Of a stretch of 64,000 bases of DNA, positions 39,959 to 47,987 are shown one piece after another (the first letter of the stretch is position 1; the number at the start of each line of letters is the position of its first letter). Under the pieces are notes generated by a model. That model saw nothing but the letters and a program-made list of their open reading frames with translations, had not been told where the DNA came from and ran no database searches. The position numbers and the translations under genes are program-made. The stretch comes from an uncultured delta proteobacterium (GTDB lineage: Bacteria; Myxococcota_A; Polyangia; Fen-1088): assembly GCA_963767925.1 (NCBI GenBank), contig CAVYGB010000002.1, forward strand, positions 1,888,001-1,952,000. Direction: 5' to 3'.

Positions 39959-40035
39959 GAAACGCGCCTTACCATTTAATGTGGCGGTTCAAGGGCGCGG
40001 CGGCAACCGCGGCCGGATGTGGGTACGGCCGGGCG

Positions 40036-41742
40036 TCAGTCCGACGGGCCGTCGGGATTGACGTGGCAGCCGAGCGCGATGGCCGAGACGTGCTTGAGCA
40101 GCGAGATGTTGTCCCCGTGGCGCCCGAGCTGGCGCTGAACCAGGGCCTGACCGCGCGCCGTGTCGGCCAGGGGACCGAGGCTCTTGACCACCGTCGAGGG
40201 CCAGACGTCTGCGAACTGGTCGCGCAGGCGCCAGGCCCGATCCCCGTCGAGCTCGTTCATGGAGTCGATGGCCTCTTTCACCATCGGGGCCAGGTTCTCG
40301 CGCAGGTCCCAGGCCCGGGGATCGTCGATCCGGGCCAGCGTCTCGAACACCGGCTTGGGGGCCCGGGTGACGTAGCGCTTGCGCCACTTGAAGGACCGGT
40401 CCGACAGGACGTATTTGAGCGAGGAGATGGCCACCGTGGGGGCGTGGTCGCGCATCACCTTGCGCAGGTCCCAGGCCCGCTCGTCGTCGAGGCCGATCAG
40501 CGATTTGCCGAGCACGCGCGCGTTCTCGAACAGGGCCAGCGCGGCGTCGCCGCCCCGGCTCTTGAGCCAGCGCTCCCGGATCTCCCAGGCCCGCTCGCTG
40601 GCCAGGCCGGCCAGCGAGGCGGCCACCACGTCGAGGTGCTCGGCCTGCAGGCGGTCGCGCAGGGCCCAGGCCTCCGCGTCGTCGATGCCGTCGAGGGCCA
40701 GCAACACGTCGAGGGGCGCCCGTTCGGCGAGGCGGCCGCGCAGCTCGGCGCTGCGGGGGTGGGGCTGGGCCAGGCCGCTCAGGCTGCGGGCCACCCGGCC
40801 GGGGAGCTGGTCCATCAGCTCGGTCCGGATCTGCCAGGACAGCGGATCGGTCAGGCCGCTGCAGCCGGCCAGCAAGGTCTCGGGCGCGGTCGGAAGCAGC
40901 GCCCGACGGCGATCGTCGACGCCGGGGCCGTGCAGGCCGCTCAGCAGATAGGCGGTCGTGTGGGGCTCGCGGGTCAGCCGGTCGTCGATCAGCTCGAGGA
41001 AGCGCCCGAGCGCCGCCGGCGGATCGGCCACCGGCGCGGCCGCCCGGGTGGGCGTCGCCTTGGCCTCCTCTGCCCGGGCCATCTCGAGCGCGGCGGGCAC
41101 GCCCTTCTGGGCGGCCAGCAGCAGGGCGCGGGACACCCGATCGACGGCGGCGTGCAGATCGCCGCCGTTGTCCACCACCAGCCAGCGCTCGGGATCGGCG
41201 GCGGCCATGGTCCGGTAGCCGTTGCGAAAGCGGTGCTGCATGCCCACCCCGCCCAGCCCCTTGCGCGAGGGCGGGCGGCGGTCGAGCGTGATCAGCTTGG
41301 CCACCCGCCGGCGGGCGCGGGCCAGGTGGGGGTCGACGTCGACGAGCACCACCAGGTCGGGGCGCAGCCCCCGGGCGGCGGCGTCCAGCACCGGCCGCAG
41401 CCAGGCCTCGGACAGCCCCCGCCCGTGCCGGGCCAGCACCTCGGCGCTGAACAGGAAGCGGTCGGCGATGACCACGTCGGCCCGGCCGAGGGCCGGGCGG
41501 GTCATCTCCTCGAGGAGCTGCACGTCGCGGGTGACGTAGAGGAAGAACTCGGCGAAGGGGGTGAGGTCGAGGTTGCGGGCGTCGCGCCCGAACTCGCGCA
41601 GGTTCTGGGTGACCGCCGAGGAGAACTTGCCCCCCTCGCGCAGGTGCTCCACCGTGAGGCCAGAGGCGCGCAGGCGCTCGGCCGCCAGGTTGGAGATGGT
41701 GGTCTTGCCGCTCCCGTCGATGCCTTCGAAGACGACGAACAT
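40036..41742 (-). CDS. Thymidylate-kinase-like P-loop domain fused to helical repeats
   Basis: MFVVFEGIDGSGKTT, LREGG, VIADRF, PDLVVLVDVDP; C-terminal about 340 aa of L.GL....AW.LR repeats. Confidence 0.88.
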   Translation of the reverse strand: MFVVFEGIDGSGKTTISNLAAERLRASGLTVEHLREGGKFSSAVTQNLREFGRDARNLDLTPFAEFFLYVTRDVQLLEEMTRPALGRADVVIADRFLFSAEVLARHGRGLSEAWLRPVLDAAARGLRPDLVVLVDVDPHLARARRRVAKLITLDRRPPSRKGLGGVGMQHRFRNGYRTMAAADPERWLVVDNGGDLHAAVDRVSRALLLAAQKGVPAALEMARAEEAKATPTRAAAPVADPPAALGRFLELIDDRLTREPHTTAYLLSGLHGPGVDDRRRALLPTAPETLLAGCSGLTDPLSWQIRTELMDQLPGRVARSLSGLAQPHPRSAELRGRLAERAPLDVLLALDGIDDAEAWALRDRLQAEHLDVVAASLAGLASERAWEIRERWLKSRGGDAALALFENARVLGKSLIGLDDERAWDLRKVMRDHAPTVAISSLKYVLSDRSFKWRKRYVTRAPKPVFETLARIDDPRAWDLRENLAPMVKEAIDSMNELDGDRAWRLRDQFADVWPSTVVKSLGPLADTARGQALVQRQLGRHGDNISLLKHVSAIALGCHVNPDGPSD

Positions 41743-42920
41743 CAGAACGCCGCTCCCAGTTGCAGCACGACCGCCCGGTGCGAGGCCAGGAAGCGCTGCT
41801 CGAAGTCGAAGAACATGCCGCGGGGGAAGTTGCGCCCCGCCTTGTCGTATTCGAGCTGGAGGGTGAGGCGCGTGTCGCGCCAGTGTCCCAGGTTGGCCCC
41901 CGCCATCACCTCGAGGAACAGATCGTCCTGCACGGCGGTGTCGGGCTCGAGCGCCCCCGCGGTGGCGAACAGCTCGAAGTAGGGCGCCCCCCGCTTCAGC
42001 CCGCCCCAGCGCCAGGCGCCCAGCAGGCGGCCCTCGACGAAGGTGGCGTCGCCGGTGGCGGTCGGATCGGCCTTGAACCAGCTCGTGCCGGTCAGCGCCT
42101 CGGCCCAGAAGCGCAGGCCGGTGCGCTCGAATTCGATGTCGCCGGTGGCGTCGACGCCGCCCGCCCAGTAGCCCTCGAGGCCGGTGGCCTGCTGGGTGAC
42201 CCGGTATTGCCCGACGGCGGCCAGCTCCACCCCGCCCGGGGTGGTGGCCAGCCGGGCGACGACGGTCTGGTCAGCCAGGGAGGCCCCCTCGACCGGGTCG
42301 CCCGAGTCGGCGCCCCACTGCACCGAGCGGAAGGCGCCGACCGTGAGCTCGGGGTCCCAGAAGCCGCCCCCCTCGATGCGACCGATGAAGCCCTCGCGCC
42401 GGCCGGTCAGCAACATGTGGTCGGACAGCAGCTCGTGCAGCCAGCCGCGGCGGGCGACCGGCAGGGTCCAGGGCGACTCCAGGTGGAACGAGGAGATGGG
42501 CATCTTGAATTGCCCGCCCCGCAGCAGCCAGCGCTTCTTGCGAGCCTGCACGTAGCCGTCGCGCAGGCGGACGTTGCCCGCGATCTCCGCCTCCAGCACC
42601 ACCGAGACCAGGTCGAGCATGTCGACCCGCAGCGAGGCGCGCGCGCTCGGCACCGACAGCGACAGGGCCTCGGCCTCGGTCTGGACGTTGCCGACGTCCT
42701 CGAGCCGCTGGTCGTCGTAGGCGGCGGCGGCGAACACGCGCCCCCGCACCTCGAAGGTGAAGCGCTCGGGCTCGGCGGCCGCCGGTGGGCCGGCCTGAGC
42801 TGCCGCCTCGCTCGACGGCGCGTCCGCCTCGGGCTGCGCGCGGGCCGGATCGGGAACGACGAGGACGGCGATCGCGGCGCAGGCGGACCATAGAAACGTT
42901 CGCAGCGGGGGCTTGGACAT
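41742..42920 (-). CDS. Outer-membrane porin (OprO/OprP-like)
   Basis: Signal peptide, LRDGYV, RGGQFKMP.S, amphipathic beta strands, C-terminal LQLGAAF; TGATG overlap with the next gene. Confidence 0.75.
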   Translation of the reverse strand: MSKPPLRTFLWSACAAIAVLVVPDPARAQPEADAPSSEAAAQAGPPAAAEPERFTFEVRGRVFAAAAYDDQRLEDVGNVQTEAEALSLSVPSARASLRVDMLDLVSVVLEAEIAGNVRLRDGYVQARKKRWLLRGGQFKMPISSFHLESPWTLPVARRGWLHELLSDHMLLTGRREGFIGRIEGGGFWDPELTVGAFRSVQWGADSGDPVEGASLADQTVVARLATTPGGVELAAVGQYRVTQQATGLEGYWAGGVDATGDIEFERTGLRFWAEALTGTSWFKADPTATGDATFVEGRLLGAWRWGGLKRGAPYFELFATAGALEPDTAVQDDLFLEVMAGANLGHWRDTRLTLQLEYDKAGRNFPRGMFFDFEQRFLASHRAVVLQLGAAF

Positions 42921-43022
42921 TGCTTTTTGGAGCGTCCCCCGCGGTCTCCACTGGCTCACACCGCGACCTCGCTGGCGACCGGACGGTCAGGACGCGCGGG
43001 ATGCTACACGCCACCGCCAGGG

Positions 43023-43040
43023 CGGGCAATGGGTTGCCCG
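43023..43040. promoter_or_regulatory. Perfect palindrome between divergent genes
   Basis: CGGGCAA-TGGG-TTGCCCG. Confidence 0.4.
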
Positions 43041-43101
43041 TCGCGCACGCGAGCTGTCGGTTCGCGTCAGCGGGGAAACCGGGGCATGCTGCCGCAGACG
43101 G

Positions 43102-44988
43102 ATGACGACGCTCGAGCGCCTGGCGGTCGCGCTGCCCCTGCTGCTGGCGGCGGCGTGCACCCTCGCGATCGCCCGCCGGCGGATCGTGCTGCTGCTCGGC
43201 CGTCAGGGGCCGCACCTGGCGCCGGCCGTCTGCATCGTCGTGTGGCTGATCGGGTTGACCCTGGGGCAGGCGGCCGGCTCGCTGGTGGCGATGTCGCTCG
43301 CCGGGAGCTTGCCCCTGCTCGGCCTGGGCCTGCTCGCCCTGCGCACGCCGCCGCTGCGGCGGCCCGGGCCCCGGCTCGGCCCGGCCCTGCTGCTCGCGCT
43401 GGCCGGCGTCGCCCTCTACCAGATCGTCGTCCCCGGGTTCGACAGCCTCTGCCACTTCGCCATCGCCGGCAATTACCTGCGCGGCAACATCCCGCCCACC
43501 GCCCTCGACAACCCGGACAGCCCGCTGCTCTACCACCCGCTGTTCGACGCCGCCGCCGCGGTTGTCACCCGCGCCCTCGGCACCGACCTCGAGCTGGGGC
43601 TCGATCTGGTGTCGCTGCTGGCGGTGCTGGCCTGCTTGCTGGCGGCCACCGCCCTGGCCCGGGCGCTGTCTCCCGGAAGCCGCCTGGTCCCCCTGCTCGG
43701 GGTGCTCGCCCTCCTGCTCGGCGGCGGGCCCACCTTTCTCCGGGTGCTCGGCAGCAGCGCGCCGGTCGAGGAGGCGCTGCACGGCCAGACCAGCCAGGCC
43801 TTCCTCGATCAGATGTTGCGCCGGCCGTTCCCCCTCTGCTTCGCGGTCGTCGCTCTGGTGCTGGCGCTGCTGCTGCGCCCGCCCCGCGAGGCGGCGCGCC
43901 GGCCCTGGCTCACCGGCCTGCTGCTGGCGCCGCCGTTCTTTCTCCTGCCCCAGGTGGGCGAGGAGCAGGTGCTCGTGCTCGGGCTGCTGGTGGCGGGTCT
44001 GCTGTTCTTGCGGCGCCTGCCGCTGCTCGCGGCGGCGATGGCGGGGGCGGCGGCGCTGGCCGGCGGGCTGGCCTCGGGGGTGTTCCGGGCCCTGCTCGCG
44101 CCGGCGCCCACCTCGATGGCCAGCCCGCGGCTGGCGCTGCAGTGGCCGCCGGCGCTGCCGACCTGGACCGAGCCGCTGGGGGGCTGGCCGATCCCGAGCT
44201 GGCCGGCGGCGGCGGTCGCCCTGTTCGAGCTGGGACCGTTCTTCTTCCTCACCGCGATCGCGCTCGGCGCGTGGGTGTTGTCGCGGCGGCTGCCAGCCGG
44301 GCCCGGGCCGCCCCGCGCGCCCGCAGCGATCCTGCTGGCGGTCGTGGCGGCCAACCTCCTCGGCGCCACCTGCTTGACCTTGCAGGGCTGGCCGCGCGCC
44401 GACCTCGACCGCTTCGTCTTCCAGGCCAGCAACCTGATGCTGCTCGCGACCCCCGCGGCGCTGCTGCCGCTCGCCCGCTGGCGACCGGAGCGGCCGGGAC
44501 TGCGGCGGCTGGGCTTCGTGCTCGCCGGCCTGTTTCTGATCGGGGGCAGCGTCGGGCTGGCCACCCACCGGGTGGCGACCCGCATCGCCGACTACCGCCC
44601 GCTGGGCCCGGAGCGCCCCTACGGGCAGCTCCGCCGGCTACTCGGCACGGCGGTGGGACCGCGCGATCTGATCGCGACGGATCCCGCTTCGGCCCAGATG
44701 CTGGTGACCGCCGGCTTCCTGGTTGTGGCGCCGATGGACAGCCACATGGTCGGGGTGGTCAACGGCGCGCGCTTCCATTCGTACCTGGAGGCGAACCGCT
44801 GTCGCGCCCGCTGGCGCTGGCTGCCGGAGCTGGATCCGGCCGTGCGCGCGAGCGAAGCGGTCGTCCTGCTGGGAGGCTACGCCTTGCTGCCGGGCTCAGG
44901 GTGCCCCGAGGGGCGCCCGCGCTCAGCGGCCAGCGGTCGCGATGTCGAGCGCGGTCAAGGCCAGGGTCGGGTTGTGTCCCAGCCGTGA
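43102..44988 (+). CDS. Polytopic membrane protein (GT-C-like, function unknown)
   Basis: More than 10 hydrophobic segments; loop D..CH..IA..Y..GNIPP...P..PL.YH...D. Confidence 0.65.
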   Translation: MTTLERLAVALPLLLAAACTLAIARRRIVLLLGRQGPHLAPAVCIVVWLIGLTLGQAAGSLVAMSLAGSLPLLGLGLLALRTPPLRRPGPRLGPALLLALAGVALYQIVVPGFDSLCHFAIAGNYLRGNIPPTALDNPDSPLLYHPLFDAAAAVVTRALGTDLELGLDLVSLLAVLACLLAATALARALSPGSRLVPLLGVLALLLGGGPTFLRVLGSSAPVEEALHGQTSQAFLDQMLRRPFPLCFAVVALVLALLLRPPREAARRPWLTGLLLAPPFFLLPQVGEEQVLVLGLLVAGLLFLRRLPLLAAAMAGAAALAGGLASGVFRALLAPAPTSMASPRLALQWPPALPTWTEPLGGWPIPSWPAAAVALFELGPFFFLTAIALGAWVLSRRLPAGPGPPRAPAAILLAVVAANLLGATCLTLQGWPRADLDRFVFQASNLMLLATPAALLPLARWRPERPGLRRLGFVLAGLFLIGGSVGLATHRVATRIADYRPLGPERPYGQLRRLLGTAVGPRDLIATDPASAQMLVTAGFLVVAPMDSHMVGVVNGARFHSYLEANRCRARWRWLPELDPAVRASEAVVLLGGYALLPGSGCPEGRPRSAASGRDVERGQGQGRVVSQP

Positions 44989-45384
44989 CAGCTCCTGCTT
45001 GAGCAGCTCCGACTCGAGCGTCTTGCGGCCGAGCAGGCGCTCGAGCTCGCGCACGCGATCGCGCAGGTCGCGCACCTCCGTGCGGGAGTCGTCCTCGCTC
45101 TTGCTGCGAGCCGGGCCCGCGCTGCTGTCGAGCTGGCGCCGCCAGCGGAACAGCAGGCTCACCGACAGGCCATAGCGACGTCCCACCGACGACATGCTCT
45201 CACCCGAGGAAATCGCCTGCTGCAAAAATTGCCGCTTCTCCTCGTTGCTGAATCGGCGACGGCGTCCGGGCAGCGGACCGGGCAGTCCGTTCGCGTTCGT
45301 CTCGTCTTCCTGAGGAGGGGTCTCGGGCAGAGGAGCGGAGGGAGGGGGAAGATCCAGTTCGACCAGGTCTCGGACCGCGCTCAT
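44923..45384 (-). CDS. Stand-alone IS3-family OrfA-like HTH/coiled-coil protein (start uncertain; ORF open to 45462)
   Basis: RRRFSNEEK...GESMSSVGRRYGLSVSLLFRWRR...RVRELERLLGRKTLE.ELLK; no OrfB follows. Confidence 0.75.
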   Translation of the reverse strand: MSAVRDLVELDLPPPSAPLPETPPQEDETNANGLPGPLPGRRRRFSNEEKRQFLQQAISSGESMSSVGRRYGLSVSLLFRWRRQLDSSAGPARSKSEDDSRTEVRDLRDRVRELERLLGRKTLESELLKQELSRLGHNPTLALTALDIATAGR

Positions 45385-45514
45385 GATCTTCGTCTCTGCT
45401 TTCTGGCCTGCTTGTAGGAACTGGCCGGTGGATGTACCTTCATCGGGTCGTCCGGTTGCCATAGGGACGACCCAAACAACTGGGTCCGTTTTTACACCTC
45501 TTTTACCGGCGTGT

Positions 45515-46162
45515 GTGAGCTTTCCGCAGAAATCGGTACCGCGCCGCGCTCAGGTCACCCCGATCGTGCTGGCCGCCGGCGCTTCGACGCGGATGGGCAA
45601 ACGGAAGGAATACCTGTCGTTTGGCCAGCTTACCTGCCTGGATCTGGTACTGGATGCGTCTCGTCGAGCGGGCCTGGGAGAGCCGATTCTGGTGACCCGG
45701 ATCGAGCGCCAGGAGGAGCTGAAAAGGGTGCTTTCGGCCCGCGGTGTCCCGGCCCGGATCGCGGTCAACGATAGGCCCGAGCTGGGGCAGACCTCTTCGC
45801 TGCGCGCGGGTCTGCAGGTGCTCTCCGATCAGGCGCAGGCCTTCCTGATCCACCCCGTCGACTATCCGCTCATCCGCGCGAACGATATCGAGCGGCTGTG
45901 CGAGGTCTTCGTGGAAGCGTTTCCCGCGGCGACGGTGGTGGCGCCGTCGTTCGCGCGCCGGCGCGGGCACCCGGTGATCGTCGCCGCCTCGGTCGCGCCG
46001 GCGATCCTCGCGCTGCCCGAAGGCGCCTCGGCCCGCGAGGCGCTCGCGCCCCACGCCGCCGCCACCCGCTACGTGGACTTCGAAAACGATCGCGTGCTCC
46101 AGGACATGGATACCCCTGACGACTACGCGCGCTGCCTCGCCCGCTGGACCTTCGGCGACTGA
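45515..46162 (+). CDS. mocA: Molybdenum cofactor cytidylyltransferase-like nucleotidyltransferase (start uncertain)
   Basis: IVLAAGASTRMG..K, GQTSSL..GL, PVDYP, RRGHPV, DMDTPDDY; next to xdhC. Confidence 0.82.
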   Translation: MSFPQKSVPRRAQVTPIVLAAGASTRMGKRKEYLSFGQLTCLDLVLDASRRAGLGEPILVTRIERQEELKRVLSARGVPARIAVNDRPELGQTSSLRAGLQVLSDQAQAFLIHPVDYPLIRANDIERLCEVFVEAFPAATVVAPSFARRRGHPVIVAASVAPAILALPEGASAREALAPHAAATRYVDFENDRVLQDMDTPDDYARCLARWTFGD

Positions 46163-46330
46163 CCCCTCACCCCGCCCCTCTCCCCGCTACCGCGGGGCGA
46201 GGGCGACCAATCTCCTCGCCGCGACCGCCCTTCGCGAGCGCGATCGCCCTCGGCCTCTCGAAGAATCGTCGCGGCAGGTGGCGTGTTTGCCCTCTCCCCG
46301 CTACCGCGGGGCGAGGGAAAGGGTGAGGGG
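46163..46330. repeat. Inverted REP doublet with unique spacer
   Basis: CCCTCTCCCCGCTACCGCGGGGCGAGGG twice, flanked by CCCCTCACCC and GGGTGAGGGG. Confidence 0.75.
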
Positions 46331-46483
46331 TCTGGCGTCGCCCCTCGCTGCGTGACCCATCGCCGGCGCGGGCGCTCAGGTTCGCGGGATTTTTACAGTG
46401 AGCAGGATGCGGGAGGGCAAGTGTGGTTGTCCCTACGCCAACTTGTTGTTACAGGCAGGATCACTGGATATGCTCGCCCGCCC

Positions 46484-47371
46484 ATGGAGGTTTCCCGCAA
46501 GGTGCTCCGTCGAGCGGCCGAGCTGGCGGATGCTGGCCAGCCTTTCGCGCTCTGTACGGTTACAGCCACCCGCGGGAGCGTGCCGGGCAAGGTCGGCGCG
46601 AAGATGATCGTCGACCGCCACGGCGTGCAGTTCGGCACCGTGGGTGGCGCGGGCCTCGAGGAGAAGACCAAGGCTCTGGCGGTCAAGTGCATCGCCGAGA
46701 AGAAGTCCGCCACCCAGAAGTTCGACCTGGCGTACTTCCGGCCTGGCGCGCTGGACAGCCTTTGCGGAGGCACCGTCGAGGTGCTGGTGGAGTACATGGG
46801 CGCAGTACCACACGTCCTCATCTGCGGCGGCGGCCACGTCGGCCTCGAGGTGGCCCGCCTGTGTGACCAGCTCGAATACGTCTATTCGGTGCTCGACGAC
46901 CGGGCCGAGTTCGCCGGGCGCGAGCGCTTCCCCCGGGCGAGCGGCCTTCACGTGGGCCGCCCGGAGGTGTTTTTCCCGGAGGCCGATCTCGGCGGGTACT
47001 CCCACCTCATCATCCTGGGGTACTCGCACCGGATCGACACCGACATCCTCTACGACTGTTGCAAACGCTTCCGCGGCTACATCGGGGTCATCTCGAGCAA
47101 GCTCAAGAAGCGCGAGATGTTCGCGCGCATGCGCGAACGCGGCGTGACCGAGGAAGAGCTGGCGCAAGTGGAGGCGCCACTGGGAATCGGGATCGGCGCA
47201 GAGACCCCGGCCGAGATTGCAGTATCGATAATGGGCGGAATCATCGCCCATCACAAAGGCATCAGCGCTACGGCGAACGAGCGTCCCTCACCCCTGGAGG
47301 CTAGCGATGGCGAAGAAGCGGAACCCCGCCAACGAGAAAAAGACGACCGGCAGATCAAGTCTGTCGGCTAG
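46484..47371 (+). CDS. xdhC: XdhC/CoxI family Moco-insertion accessory protein
   Basis: T.GSVP.K.GAKM, GTVGG, CGG.VEV, GGGHV, YIG.I.S, AP.GI.IGAETPAEIAVSI. Confidence 0.9.
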   Translation: MEVSRKVLRRAAELADAGQPFALCTVTATRGSVPGKVGAKMIVDRHGVQFGTVGGAGLEEKTKALAVKCIAEKKSATQKFDLAYFRPGALDSLCGGTVEVLVEYMGAVPHVLICGGGHVGLEVARLCDQLEYVYSVLDDRAEFAGRERFPRASGLHVGRPEVFFPEADLGGYSHLIILGYSHRIDTDILYDCCKRFRGYIGVISSKLKKREMFARMRERGVTEEELAQVEAPLGIGIGAETPAEIAVSIMGGIIAHHKGISATANERPSPLEASDGEEAEPRQREKDDRQIKSVG

Positions 47372-47972
47372 GCGAGAAGAGAACAGAAAGGCGCCCGCCG
47401 CCGGGCTGACCCGTCGTGGCTTCATGCAAGGGGTCGGCGTCGCCGGTGGCGTCGCCGTGGTGGCCAAGAGCGCCCAGGCCGCGGCCAAGCCCAAGGTCCT
47501 CCCCGCGAGAAAAGTGCCGATCACCCTGAACGTGAACGGCAAGGACTACCGGCTGAAGGTCGAGCCGCGCATCACCCTCCTGCGGGCCCTGCGCAACGAT
47601 CTCGATCTGACCGGCACGAAGGAGATCTGTGACCGGGGGGCCTGTGGCGGGTGCAGCGTCACCCTCGACGGCAACCTGATCAACTCCTGCATGTTGCTGG
47701 CGGTGGACGCCGTGGGTCGCAAGATCGGCACCATCGAGGGGCTGTCGAAGGGCGACAAGCTCGATCCCATCCAGGAGGCCTTCGTGAAGCACGACGCCCT
47801 CCAGTGTGGCTTCTGCACCCCCGGCATGGTGATGGCGTGCAAGTCGCTGCTGGCGACAAACAAGAACCCGACCCTGGTCCAGATCAAGAAGGGCCTCGCG
47901 GGCAACATCTGCCGCTGCGGCACCTACAACCACATCTTCGCGGCGGTGCAGACCGTCTCGAAGGCTGGCTAA
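47307..47972 (+). CDS. Molybdenum hydroxylase 2x[2Fe-2S] subunit with Tat signal (PaoA/YagT-like)
   Basis: TRRGFMQ, CDRGACGGCSV, NSC, QCGFCTPG, NICRCG. Confidence 0.93.
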   Translation: MAKKRNPANEKKTTGRSSLSARREENRKAPAAGLTRRGFMQGVGVAGGVAVVAKSAQAAAKPKVLPARKVPITLNVNGKDYRLKVEPRITLLRALRNDLDLTGTKEICDRGACGGCSVTLDGNLINSCMLLAVDAVGRKIGTIEGLSKGDKLDPIQEAFVKHDALQCGFCTPGMVMACKSLLATNKNPTLVQIKKGLAGNICRCGTYNHIFAAVQTVSKAG

Positions 47973-47987
47973 CCGGAGGAATCAGCC

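Noticed and set aside
44923..45462. Complete IS3-family element
   Set aside because: No DDE OrfB, slippery site or terminal inverted repeats seen
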